Below, piece by piece: positions 9,415 through 18,709 of a stretch of 64,000 nucleotides of DNA; the first letter of the stretch is position 1, and every line of letters begins with the position of its first letter. The notes beneath the pieces were generated by a model. It saw only the letters and a program-made list of their open reading frames with translations. It had not been told where the DNA came from and did not search any database. Made by a program: the position numbers and the translations under genes. The stretch is from Siphonobacter sp. (GTDB lineage: Bacteria > Bacteroidota > Bacteroidia > Cytophagales > Spirosomataceae), in contig NZ_JBMDWJ010000195.1 of NCBI RefSeq assembly GCF_048595215.1, forward strand, positions 3,341 through 67,340, read 5' to 3'.

Positions 9415-10617
9415 ATGAGTAAACCCAAAGTTGTATTGGCGTATAGTGGTGGTCTGGACACCTCTTTCTGTGTAAAATACCTATCGGATGATCAGGGATA
9501 TGAAGTGCACTCTGTACTGGTAGATACGGGTGGCTTTACGATGTCGGAACTCCAGACCGTAGAACGGAACGCCTATGAATTAGGGGTAGCCAGTCACGCT
9601 ACACTCGACGTAGTGAACGACTATTACGACAACTGTCTGAAGTATCTGGTATTCGGAAACGTACTGAAAAACAATACGTATCCTCTGTCGGTAAGTGCCG
9701 AGCGGGTATTTCAGGCCCTGGCCGTAGCCGAATACGCCAAGCAAATTGGAGCGAAAGCAGTTGCTCACGGCAGCACCGGAGCCGGAAACGATCAGGTTCG
9801 CTTTGATATGGTATTCCGGATTGTGGTACCGGACGTGGAAATTATCACGCCCATTCGCGACCTGCGACTGAGCCGTGAGGCAGAAATTGAATATCTGAAA
9901 GAAAAAGGCGTACAACGCGACTGGACCAAGTCCGCGTATTCCATCAATAAAGGGTTGTGGGGAACGTCAGTAGGCGGCAAGGAAACGCTGACCTCCGACG
10001 GATTTTTACCCGAAGAAGCCTGGCCGACGCAATTGCAGCGGCAGGATACGGAATCCCTGACGCTGGATTTTGTACACGGTGAACTGAAAGGCGTGAATGG
10101 CGAAACGTTTGAAAATCCGGTGGATGCTATTCGGAAATTACAGGAAGTAGCCGCTCCCTTCGCCGTAGGTCGGGATATCCACGTGGGTGATACAATCATC
10201 GGAATCAAGGGTCGGGTTGGTTTTGAAGCCGCCGCTCCCCTGATTATCATCAAAGCTCACCACGCTTTGGAAAAACACGTACTGACCGAGCAGCAGATCT
10301 ATTTCAAGGAAATGCTTTCGGGTAACTACGGAACTCTCTTGCACAAAGGTCAATTCCTGGAGCCAGCCATGCGGGATCTGGAAACCTTCCTGCAAAGCAC
10401 GCAGGAGCACGTAACGGGTCAGGTGAACGTTCAGTTGCAGCCGTACCGCTTCTTCGTAACGGGTATCGAGTCGCCCTATGATCTGATGAGCAATGTCTTC
10501 GGCAGCTACGGTGAGATGAACAATGCCTGGAGTGGCGATGACGTACGTGGCTTCTCGAAAATTGCCTCGAATCAGACCATGATTCACCGTAAAATCACTG
10601 AATTGAACGATAAATAA
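9415..10617 (+). CDS. argG: argininosuccinate synthase
   Basis: Start at ATG 9415 (MSKPKVVLAYSGGLDTSFCVKYL). Also reads AHGSTGAGNDQVRF. The ATP-PPase SGGxDTS motif is present. Confidence 0.93.
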   Translation: MSKPKVVLAYSGGLDTSFCVKYLSDDQGYEVHSVLVDTGGFTMSELQTVERNAYELGVASHATLDVVNDYYDNCLKYLVFGNVLKNNTYPLSVSAERVFQALAVAEYAKQIGAKAVAHGSTGAGNDQVRFDMVFRIVVPDVEIITPIRDLRLSREAEIEYLKEKGVQRDWTKSAYSINKGLWGTSVGGKETLTSDGFLPEEAWPTQLQRQDTESLTLDFVHGELKGVNGETFENPVDAIRKLQEVAAPFAVGRDIHVGDTIIGIKGRVGFEAAAPLIIIKAHHALEKHVLTEQQIYFKEMLSGNYGTLLHKGQFLEPAMRDLETFLQSTQEHVTGQVNVQLQPYRFFVTGIESPYDLMSNVFGSYGEMNNAWSGDDVRGFSKIASNQTMIHRKITELNDK

Positions 10618-10625
10618 GGTGGATG

Positions 10626-10711
10626 GTTGGTTGTTGTAAGTTGTTGGTAGAAGCCAGTTTACGAGAAACGGAGAACCGCAAACCAACAACTGAAAACTAG
10701 CAACAATCAAC
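10626..10711 (+). repeat. intercistronic long hairpin (argG-argC spacer)
   Basis: AGTTGTTGGT (10639-10648) pairs perfectly with ACCAACAACT (10682-10691). The outer GTTGGTTGTTGT (10626-10637) pairs with the 10700-10711 segment, using two G-U pairs. CTGAAAAC is at 10690-10697. Confidence 0.65.
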
Positions 10712-10730
10712 TACTACCGAACCACTATTC

Positions 10731-11687
10731 ATGAAGATTGGCATTATTGGAGCGGCTGGTTATACGGGGGGCGAATTGCTTCGCATTTTGATTCATCACC
10801 CCGAGGCAACCATTGCTTACGCTCATTCAAATAGTCAGGCGGGCAAACCCGTAGCGTCTACGCACACGGATTTGTTCGGCGACACGGATTTAACGTTTGC
10901 CGAACACTTTCATACGGATGTAGACGTCGTATTCCTGTGTTCGGGACACGGCGAGTCGAAGAAGTTTTTGGCGGCGAATCCCGATTTCGAAAACGTACGG
11001 ATCATTGATTTGAGTACGGATTTCCGGGACGAGTCCAACGGCTTCGTATACGGCCTGCCCGAACTGCAACGCGACGCGATCCGTCAGGCTCGGAAGATCG
11101 CTAATCCGGGTTGCTTTGCGACCAGTATCGAATTGGCCTTGTTGCCGCTGGCCCAGGCTGGTTTACTGAAGGACGAGGTGCACGTATCCGCCGTAACGGG
11201 CAGTACGGGAGCCGGACAGTCGCTCAGTGCGACGAGTCACTTTAGCTGGCGGAATAACAACATGAGTATCTACAAAGCCTTTACGCACCAGCACCTGACT
11301 GAAATCGGGATGGTACTGCGAAAGGGACAGGCTGATTTCACGCATAAAATCAACTTTATTCCGTACCGGGGTAACTTCACGCGGGGTATTATGGCGAATG
11401 TGTATACGGATTTTGCGGGTACGCTGGAAGAGGCAACAAAGCTCTATACCGATTACTACGCCACGCATCCCTTTACGCACGTGAGTCCGGCGAGTATCGA
11501 CGTGAAGCAGGTGGTAAATACCAACAAAGGTCTTGTACATCTGGAAGTACACGAAGGTCAATTACTGATCACCAGTATCATCGATAACCTGACGAAAGGA
11601 GCCTCCGGTCAGGCCGTACAAAATATGAATCTGATGTTCGGACTGGATGAAAAAGCTGGTCTGAATCTGAAATCAGTCGGTTTCTAA
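10731..11687 (+). CDS. argC: N-acetyl-gamma-glutamyl-phosphate reductase (N-acyl form)
   Basis: Reads IIGAAGYTGGELLRIL and the active-site motif NPGCFAT. Confidence 0.92.
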   Translation: MKIGIIGAAGYTGGELLRILIHHPEATIAYAHSNSQAGKPVASTHTDLFGDTDLTFAEHFHTDVDVVFLCSGHGESKKFLAANPDFENVRIIDLSTDFRDESNGFVYGLPELQRDAIRQARKIANPGCFATSIELALLPLAQAGLLKDEVHVSAVTGSTGAGQSLSATSHFSWRNNNMSIYKAFTHQHLTEIGMVLRKGQADFTHKINFIPYRGNFTRGIMANVYTDFAGTLEEATKLYTDYYATHPFTHVSPASIDVKQVVNTNKGLVHLEVHEGQLLITSIIDNLTKGASGQAVQNMNLMFGLDEKAGLNLKSVGF

Positions 11688-11699
11688 GGAGTTTGAAAG

Positions 11700-11845
11700 T
11701 GTTTGAAGTTTGAGGAGATTTTGGGTTTCAAGAGTTTGAGCTTTGAATACGTATAAAGTTTGAATAAGGGCAAGGTTTAGATACAGATCAGTGTCCTGTT
11801 TGAAACGTTCTTAAACTTTAAACCTGCTCAAACCTCAAACTTTCT
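11700..11845 (+). repeat. intercistronic long branched hairpin (argC-argD spacer), built from GTTTGA/TCAAAC words
   Basis: GAAGTTTGAGG (11705-11715) pairs with CCTCAAACTTT (11833-11843). TTTGAGC (11735-11741) pairs with GCTCAAA (11826-11832). Further inner AAAGTTT/AAACTTT pairing is possible. Confidence 0.6.
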
Positions 11846-11874
11846 AAGACTTGGAACCATAAAAATAACAAAGC

Positions 11875-13005
11875 ATGAATCCATTTAATGTTTACCCGCT
11901 CTATGACATCGAGCCTGTGAAAGCTCAGGGTAGTTATTTGTGGGATAAAAAAGGGGATCAGTACCTGGATTTGTACGGCGGTCACGCAGTCATCTCGGTG
12001 GGTCATTCACATCCGTATTACGTGGAAGCCCTGACGCATCAGCTTTCACAAATTGGTTTTTACTCCAATTCCGTACAAATTCCCTTACAGAAGGAATTAG
12101 GCGAGAAGCTAGGGGCTCTTTCCGGTTATCCGGACTATTCTTTGTTTCTGGTAAATTCGGGGGCTGAGGCCAACGAAAACGCCCTAAAACTGGCCTCTTT
12201 CTACAATGGACGTAAGAAAGTGATCGCCTTCAAAGCGGCTTTCCACGGTCGTACGTCCGGAGCCGTAGCGGTTACAGATAACCCTTCCATTGTAGCTCCC
12301 ATCAACGATAATTCACACGTCACATTCATTCCCTTCAACGACGTGGAGGCTTTGAAAGCCAACATGAGCGAAGAAATCTGTGCGGTAATTGTGGAAGGCA
12401 TTCAGGGCGTCGGTGGTATTCAAGTGACTTCTACGGAGTTTCTGCAGGCCGCTCGCCAGTTGTGCGATCAGTTTGGCTCTGTACTTATCTTGGATTCCGT
12501 ACAGTGCGGATATGGACGGACGGGTAAGTTCTTCTCGCACCAGTTCACGGGCGTAGAACCCGATCTGATTACTACGGCGAAAGGAATGGGTAACGGCTTC
12601 CCGATTGGCAGCGTATTGATTTCACCCAAATTCCACGCCAAATTCGGCATGTTGGGTACGACCTTCGGAGGAAATCACCTGGCTTGTGCGGCAGCGGTTG
12701 CGGTTCTCGACATTATGAAAAACGAGAACCTGATCGAAAACGCTGAAAAGCAGGGAGCCTACCTGTTTGAGCAACTCAAAGGCATCAGCGGCATTAAGGA
12801 ACTACGCGGTCGCGGTTTAATGATCGGTATCGAATTTGAACAGCCCGTCGATAAAATCCGAGATACCCTCTTGTTCGAACATAAAATTTTCTGTGGCTAC
12901 GCGGGCAAGCATACCCTGCGTTTGCTGCCGAGTCTGGCCATCGGTCAGGCCGAAAGCGATCAATTCCTGGAAGCACTCGATCAAGTATTGGCGGTAAACG
13001 CTTAG
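11875..13005 (+). CDS. argD: acetyl/succinyl-ornithine aminotransferase (class III PLP)
   Basis: 376 aa. Reads LDLYGGHAV..GH.HP and D.VQCGYGRTGKFF, and has the PLP-Lys context TTAKGMGNGFPIG. Confidence 0.9.
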   Translation: MNPFNVYPLYDIEPVKAQGSYLWDKKGDQYLDLYGGHAVISVGHSHPYYVEALTHQLSQIGFYSNSVQIPLQKELGEKLGALSGYPDYSLFLVNSGAEANENALKLASFYNGRKKVIAFKAAFHGRTSGAVAVTDNPSIVAPINDNSHVTFIPFNDVEALKANMSEEICAVIVEGIQGVGGIQVTSTEFLQAARQLCDQFGSVLILDSVQCGYGRTGKFFSHQFTGVEPDLITTAKGMGNGFPIGSVLISPKFHAKFGMLGTTFGGNHLACAAAVAVLDIMKNENLIENAEKQGAYLFEQLKGISGIKELRGRGLMIGIEFEQPVDKIRDTLLFEHKIFCGYAGKHTLRLLPSLAIGQAESDQFLEALDQVLAVNA

Positions 13006-13007
13006 CT

Positions 13008-13091
13008 AGTTTACAATTTTCGGTTGACCGTTTTCAGTCTTCTGAAACGTTTAGCTGAAAACTGTAGACAGCCAACTGAAAACTGTAAACT
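13008..13091 (+). repeat. intercistronic long hairpin (argD-argF' spacer)
   Basis: AGTTTACAATTTTCGGTTG (13008-13026) pairs with CAACTGAAAACTGTAAACT (13073-13091): 19 positions with one mismatch and one G-U. An inner hairpin pairs CGTTTTCAG with CTGAAACG. CTGAAAAC occurs twice. Confidence 0.7.
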
Positions 13092-13097
13092 CAACCA

Positions 13098-14042
13098 ATG
13101 AAACAATTTCTTTCCGTTCATGATGTTCCTGACCTGCCGGGATTAGTGCAGGAAGCTCTTTGGCTGAAACAGAACCCCTATGCCGACGAAAACCTAGGAC
13201 GGCATAAAACGCTGGGCTTACTATTCTTTAACGCCAGTCTTCGCACCCGGCTGAGTACGCAAAAAGCGGCCGAAAATCTGGGTATGAAAGTGATGGTAAT
13301 GAACGTTACCACGGATTCCTGGGGTCTGGAATTTGAAGATGGAGCGATCATGAACGGAAATAAGGCCGAACACGTCAAGGAAGCGGCCGCTGTGGTAGGG
13401 CAGTACTGCGACATCATTGGCGTACGGAGTTTTCCTTCGTTGACCGATCGGGAGAAGGATTACCAGGAGCAGGTCATCAAGCAATTTGTCAAGTACGCCG
13501 GAGTACCGATTCTGAGTCTGGAATCGGCGACGCGGCACCCGCTACAATCCTTCACGGATTTGATTACGATCGAGGAAACGAAAATGGTGGCTCGTCCGAA
13601 AGTAGTACTGACCTGGGCTCCGCACGTGAAGGCACTGCCCCAGGCCGTACCCAACTCTTTTGCCGAGTGGATGAATGCTGCCGACGTGGATTTTGTCATT
13701 ACGCATCCCGAAGGTTACGCTCTGGCTCCCGAGTTTTCGGGGAATGTCCGCGTGACGCATAACCAACGCGAAGCTTTCGAGGGAGCTGATTTCATCTACG
13801 CGAAAAACTGGTCTTCGTACGAAACCTACGGACAGATCATCAATAGCGACCCGGCCTGGATGATTACGCAGGAAAAAATGGGACTAACCAATCAGGCCAA
13901 GTTCATGCACTGCTTGCCCGTTCGCCGGAATCTGGTGGTCGAAGACGCCGTACTGGATTCGGCCAATTCAATTGTTATTCAGGAAGCTGGAAATCGCGTG
14001 TGGGCTGCTCAGGCCGTACTTAAGCGAATGTTACAAGCTTAA
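13098..14042 (+). CDS. argF': N-acyl-L-ornithine carbamoyltransferase (N-succinyl- or N-acetyl-ornithine type)
   Basis: 314 aa. Has the carbamoyl-phosphate motif variant SLRTRLS and the HCLP motif (FMHCLPVRR). Length and position match the Bacteroidetes/Xanthomonas-type acylornithine transcarbamylases. Confidence 0.85.
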   Translation: MKQFLSVHDVPDLPGLVQEALWLKQNPYADENLGRHKTLGLLFFNASLRTRLSTQKAAENLGMKVMVMNVTTDSWGLEFEDGAIMNGNKAEHVKEAAAVVGQYCDIIGVRSFPSLTDREKDYQEQVIKQFVKYAGVPILSLESATRHPLQSFTDLITIEETKMVARPKVVLTWAPHVKALPQAVPNSFAEWMNAADVDFVITHPEGYALAPEFSGNVRVTHNQREAFEGADFIYAKNWSSYETYGQIINSDPAWMITQEKMGLTNQAKFMHCLPVRRNLVVEDAVLDSANSIVIQEAGNRVWAAQAVLKRMLQA

Positions 14043-14103
14043 TCATAGACGGAAGGGTATGCGGGCAAAAACCTGTATACCCTTTTTCTTTACTCGAACC
14101 TTC

Positions 14104-14892
14104 ATGCTCACGGTTATTAAAATTGGTGGAAACGTGGTCGATAACCCGACTCTCCGCCAGCAGTTTTTAGTGGATTTTGCGGCCTTGCCCTTACCTAAGA
14201 TTCTGGTACATGGGGGCGGGAAAATTGCTACACAGGTGGCAGTCAAACTGGATGTGGAAACGGTGATGGTGGAAGGTCGCCGCGTGACCGATGCCGCCAT
14301 GCTGGATGTCGTCACGATGGTATACGGGGGACTCGTCAACAAGCAACTCGTCGCCCAGCTACAGGCTCTCGATTGTAACGCTCTGGGACTAACCGGAGCC
14401 GATGGCGGCATTATTCGATCGAAAAAACGGACGGGCTGGAATGTCGATTACGGTTTTGTAGGTGACATCGAGTCCGTGAATGAGGAGCAGATCAAGCGTT
14501 TTCTGGAAGTAGGGCTGGTTCCCGTTTTCGCTCCGCTGACCTTTGATCCGGCTCTGGCTTCCATGCTCAATACCAACGCCGATACCCAGGCTCAGGCCGT
14601 TGCGGTAGCGTTAGCGAAGCATTTTGAAGTTAATTTAGTATATTGTTTCGAAAAAAAAGGCGTACTGACTAATCCTGAAGACGATACGACCGTCATATCC
14701 GAGCTGTATCCAAGTACTTACGCCGAGCACAAAGCCTCCGGAGCCATTTACGCCGGGATGATTCCGAAGCTGGATAATGCCTTCAAGGCCCTTCACGATG
14801 GCGTTAAACAGGTTACCATCTGTCACGCCACCGATCTTCGACAGGCCGTTAGCGAAGGCACCGCCGGTACCCGGATCCGACTTACAGAATAG
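14104..14892 (+). CDS. argB: acetylglutamate kinase (N-acyl-glutamate kinase)
   Basis: Start at ATG 14104 (MLTVIKIGGNVVDN); the 13972 start would overlap argF'. An amino-acid kinase fold is indicated by ILVHGGG and NTNADT. Confidence 0.9.
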   Translation: MLTVIKIGGNVVDNPTLRQQFLVDFAALPLPKILVHGGGKIATQVAVKLDVETVMVEGRRVTDAAMLDVVTMVYGGLVNKQLVAQLQALDCNALGLTGADGGIIRSKKRTGWNVDYGFVGDIESVNEEQIKRFLEVGLVPVFAPLTFDPALASMLNTNADTQAQAVAVALAKHFEVNLVYCFEKKGVLTNPEDDTTVISELYPSTYAEHKASGAIYAGMIPKLDNAFKALHDGVKQVTICHATDLRQAVSEGTAGTRIRLTE

Positions 14893-14947
14893 AAGCTATT
14901 CCGCCCGAATGGTCTGTTTAAATCACCGCAATTGGTAATAACACCGT

Positions 14948-15907
14948 ATGAAATCACTTTCTGACTCTCGTATTCATGGCTTCTTGATTGGTACTGCTGT
15001 GGGAGATGCTATGGGTGTTCCGGTGGAATTTACAACGCGTAATTTTCTAAAAAACAAGCCCGTTGAAGGCATGCGAGCCTATGGCACGCACCACCAGCCC
15101 GCCGGAACCTGGTCGGATGATAGTGCTCTGACCTATCAAACCATCGAAACACTAATTCAGGGGCTGGATTACCGAATCCTGGCAAACCGGTTTTTGAACT
15201 GGTATCTCCACGGCGAATGGACAGCTCACGGCTCCGTATTCGACATTGGTATTTCTACCCGGAATGCACTGGATCGTCTGGAACAGGGAGTGGAACCATT
15301 AAAGGCAGGGGAGACCAGCGAGCTTTGTAATGGCAATGGATCGCTTATGCGAATGTTGCCCTTGGCTTTCTACTTTCATTATCAGCAGCCGAAGTTGAGT
15401 TTGGATGAACGTTTTGCGATTGTACGCAACGTATCAAGCCTGACCCACGGTCACATTCGTTCGGTGATTGCCTGCTTTGTATTGGTTTCCTTTGCTCAAG
15501 AACTCCTGGCGGGTAAGGAAAAAGTAGAAGCCTACCGAACAATTCAGCAATCGCTCGGTTCGTTTCCCGAACAAATTTGTTCAGCGGATGAATGCGAACT
15601 GTTTGCCCGTATTTTAAAAGAAGACCTTATACAATTATCGGAAAAGGAAATATACTCTTCTGGTTACGTACTGCATTCGCTGGAAGCCGCACTGTGGAGT
15701 TTTCTGACGACGGACACGTATTCGGATGCCGTCCTGCGGGCCGTAAATCTGGCAGATGATGCCGATACCACGGGTTCCGTTACGGGCGGTCTGGCCGGAC
15801 TCTATTACGGACTGGAAGGTATTCCGGTCGACTGGGTGCAAACGCTGGCTCGTCTCGAAGACATCGAAGACCTAGCTGGGCGATTTACCCGTTTTCTTCA
15901 TTCATAA
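14948..15907 (+). CDS. ADP-ribosylglycohydrolase family protein (DraG/ARH-like)
   Basis: Reads GTAVGDAMGVPVEF near the N-terminus, WSDDSAL, and the C-terminal NLADDADTTGSVTGGLAGLYYG. These are the two metal-binding acidic clusters of the family. Confidence 0.85.
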   Translation: MKSLSDSRIHGFLIGTAVGDAMGVPVEFTTRNFLKNKPVEGMRAYGTHHQPAGTWSDDSALTYQTIETLIQGLDYRILANRFLNWYLHGEWTAHGSVFDIGISTRNALDRLEQGVEPLKAGETSELCNGNGSLMRMLPLAFYFHYQQPKLSLDERFAIVRNVSSLTHGHIRSVIACFVLVSFAQELLAGKEKVEAYRTIQQSLGSFPEQICSADECELFARILKEDLIQLSEKEIYSSGYVLHSLEAALWSFLTTDTYSDAVLRAVNLADDADTTGSVTGGLAGLYYGLEGIPVDWVQTLARLEDIEDLAGRFTRFLHS

Positions 15908-15944
15908 AGAAGGAGGCACACGGCCCCTTTTTAAATTAGTAAGT

Positions 15945-17042
15945 ATGGCTCAGCTTCTTGAAAGCCTCACTGTTGATTCCATTGAATTACTCAAACGTCT
16001 GATCGCGACGCCCTCCTTTAGCCGGGAAGAAGATCAGACGGCGTATCTGCTGGAAGAATTTTTCCGGGAACGGAACATGCCCTTTTCCCGATTAAATAAT
16101 AACCTATGGTCCCGGAATAAATACTACAATCCGGATTTGCCGACGGTACTGCTTAATTCGCACCACGACACGGTAAAACCCAACCCGAAGTGGACACTCG
16201 ATCCGTTCAATCCTTTGGTGGAAGACGGAAAACTCTTTGGATTAGGCTCCAATGATGCCGGAGGCTGTCTGGTTTCCCTGCTGGCTACGTTCTGTTATTT
16301 CTACCATCGGACGGATTTAGCGTACAATATTGTCTTTGCGGCTTCGGCGGAAGAGGAAGTTTCCGGAGCCAATGGAATGGAACTACTGTGGAATTCCGGA
16401 AAGCTAGGTTCGATTGACTTTGCCATTGTGGGCGAACCCACGCAAATGCACCTGGCCATCGCCGAAAAGGGTTTACTAGTACTCGATTGCATGGCTCAGG
16501 GAAAAGCGGGTCACGCGGCTCGTGAAGAAGGAGAAAATGCCCTGTACAAAGCTCTCGACGATATTGCCTGGGTACGTTCGTATGAATTTCCCAAAGAATC
16601 GCCGATGCTGGGAAAAATGAAAATGACGGCTACGGTCATTCGTACCGAAAACCAGCAACATAACGTCGTTCCAGCCAATTGCTATTTTACGCTCGATGTA
16701 CGTGTAACGGATCAGTACACGCTGGAAGAAGCCTGTGACATCATCCAGGCCCACATGAAGTCGGAAGTGCAGGCTCGCTCGGTACGGTTGCGGCCTTCGA
16801 GTATTCCTTTAGAACACCCGGTTGTACAGGCGGGCATTCAACTGGGACGTACAACTTACGGTTCACCTACCACGTCCGATCAGGCCGTGATTGGCTGTTC
16901 TTCGCTAAAGATGGGTCCCGGCGATTCGGCTCGTTCGCACCAAGCCGATGAATTTATCTATTTGCACGAAATCGAAGAGGGAATTCAGTTGTACGTTGAA
17001 ATGCTCAAATACGTGGTGCTGGCGAAAGGGGGAGTAGCATGA
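15945..17042 (+). CDS. argE: M20-family acyl-ornithine deacylase
   Basis: 365 aa. Reads LLNSHHDTV, GSNDAGG and SAEEEVSG. It is the last gene of the arg cluster. Confidence 0.85.
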   Translation: MAQLLESLTVDSIELLKRLIATPSFSREEDQTAYLLEEFFRERNMPFSRLNNNLWSRNKYYNPDLPTVLLNSHHDTVKPNPKWTLDPFNPLVEDGKLFGLGSNDAGGCLVSLLATFCYFYHRTDLAYNIVFAASAEEEVSGANGMELLWNSGKLGSIDFAIVGEPTQMHLAIAEKGLLVLDCMAQGKAGHAAREEGENALYKALDDIAWVRSYEFPKESPMLGKMKMTATVIRTENQQHNVVPANCYFTLDVRVTDQYTLEEACDIIQAHMKSEVQARSVRLRPSSIPLEHPVVQAGIQLGRTTYGSPTTSDQAVIGCSSLKMGPGDSARSHQADEFIYLHEIEEGIQLYVEMLKYVVLAKGGVA

Positions 17043-17123
17043 TCGACAAGAAATCTGCGTATTTCTTCGGAGAAAAGAATCTTTTTGCCGATTTTTGAAT
17101 TCAATAGAATCATTCTAAATATT

Positions 17124-17258
17124 ATGGAGCAAAAGGAAACCACTCCCGGCTGGAAAGGTTGGATTAAGCGTTTGGGCTGGGCCGGCTTTTTCTTCTTTCT
17201 GATTAAAGGCTTACTCTGGCTCGCCGTTGGCTACTTCGGATTTAAGATTTTTGAATAA
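17124..17258 (+). CDS. possible 44-aa membrane micro-protein (below the ORF-track length cut-off)
   Basis: My translation is MEQKETTPGWKGWIKRLGWAGFFFFLIKGLLWLAVGYFGFKIFE: one clear hydrophobic helix and an A-rich start context. It sits between argE and a very strong terminator. Confidence 0.35.
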   Translation: MEQKETTPGWKGWIKRLGWAGFFFFLIKGLLWLAVGYFGFKIFE

Positions 17259-17263
17259 TACAT

Positions 17264-17318
17264 TTTACAAAAAAGAAAGGCTAACTCTTACTTAGAGTTA
17301 GCCTTTCTTTTTTGTAAA
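17264..17318. terminator. very strong bidirectional terminator
   Basis: TTTTACAAAAAAGAAAGGCTAACTCT pairs with AGAGTTAGCCTTTCTTTTTTGTAAAA around a 5-nt loop. Confidence 0.85.
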
Positions 17319-17330
17319 AGATTTCCTTTA

Positions 17331-18584
17331 TCAAATCAGCTTTACATGGAGAAGCTCTTTGGTACGAACCCAGATGAAGCCGACAATGACCAGCGTAAGG
17401 CTTCCACCAATGAGTACGGAAGGGACAGTACCGAAGGTTTTAGCCAGTAAGCCCGATTCAAACGCTCCGATTTCATTGGAAGTACTAACGAAGATACTAT
17501 TCACAGAAAGTACGCGTCCCCGGATCTCGTCGGGTGGTACCAGTTGAAGAATAGCCTGCCGAATAACAACACTGATGCTATCAAACGCACCCGTCAGGAA
17601 AAGCATCGTTACGGAAAGCCAGAAGTGCGTAGAGAGAGCAAAAACGATCGTAGCAATCCCAAAACCAGCGACAGCAATAAGCATGTTTAGCCAGGCTCTG
17701 CGTACGGGCGAGTACACGGCAGTCGCTACGAGCGTGAGGACGGCTCCGATAGAGGGAGCGGCTCGTAGAATACCGAGGCCTTCCGCTCCTACGTGCAGAA
17801 CATCTTCGGCAAAAACGGGTAGAATAGCTACAACTCCGCCAAACAATACAGCCACTAAATCCAAGGAGATGGAATAGAGGAGGAGCTTATTACCAAACAC
17901 AAACGTGATGCCTTCCCGAATGCTCTGCCAGACGCTAAGCTGTTCTTCTGCTTCCGATACTTCGGGGATAGGTTTCTTTTTGATGAACAAAAACAAAAGA
18001 AAGACCAATCCTAATCCAGCAATCACCAGCCACATCGTACCCGCCATACCCATCCAGGCGTAGAGAAATCCGGCAAGCCCCGGCCCTAGGATTGCCCCCG
18101 TCTGCCAGAAGGAGCTATACCAGGAAGCGGCATTAGGATAGACTTCACGAGGCGTGAGGAATGCTTTCAGAGAAGAAGTAGCGGGGCTATAAAAGCCACG
18201 GGCTAATCCAATTAAAGCCACTACGCCGTAAATAATGGTAAGTAGAAAAGTATCCGGATGAGCGGCCCGCGTTTCGGGTAATGTAGCCCAATGCAGGATG
18301 AATGAACCCACCAGTATGACGAGCAAACTCAGTAAGATGATTCGTTTTTTATCATACTTGTCCGCAAAGTGCCCGCCCAACAGAGCTAGTGAAATGTAAG
18401 GAATGGCTTCTGCAAGGCCTACCAGCCCCAAGGCCAGCGGATCGTGCGTAATGCGATAAATTTCGTAACCTAAAACAACTTCCTGAATCAGGATTGCTGT
18501 CGTGAAAAAGAAACTGGCTAGGCCAAAAAAAGTAAACTCCCGGTAGCGTAAGGCAGCAAACGGATCAGTAGGGTAGGCATTCAT
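17331..18584 (-). CDS. MFS transporter
   Basis: 417 aa with about 12 hydrophobic segments. A GGHFADKYDKKR-type loop follows TM2. Confidence 0.8.
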   Translation of the reverse strand: MNAYPTDPFAALRYREFTFFGLASFFFTTAILIQEVVLGYEIYRITHDPLALGLVGLAEAIPYISLALLGGHFADKYDKKRIILLSLLVILVGSFILHWATLPETRAAHPDTFLLTIIYGVVALIGLARGFYSPATSSLKAFLTPREVYPNAASWYSSFWQTGAILGPGLAGFLYAWMGMAGTMWLVIAGLGLVFLLFLFIKKKPIPEVSEAEEQLSVWQSIREGITFVFGNKLLLYSISLDLVAVLFGGVVAILPVFAEDVLHVGAEGLGILRAAPSIGAVLTLVATAVYSPVRRAWLNMLIAVAGFGIATIVFALSTHFWLSVTMLFLTGAFDSISVVIRQAILQLVPPDEIRGRVLSVNSIFVSTSNEIGAFESGLLAKTFGTVPSVLIGGSLTLVIVGFIWVRTKELLHVKLI

Positions 18585-18660
18585 ACCAAAGAATAGAGCG
18601 TATTAAAACTAGAATTCCGTACAATGCTACAAACGTATAGTTAAAAAACGCATTAAAAGA

Positions 18661-18692
18661 AAAAAGAGGTCACTGCATAGCGACCTCTTTTT
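18661..18692 (-). terminator. terminator downstream of the DAHP synthase gene
   Basis: AAAAAGAGGTC pairs with GACCTCTTTTT. Confidence 0.75.
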
Positions 18693-18709
18693 CTATAAGT
18701 ATTCTCAGC

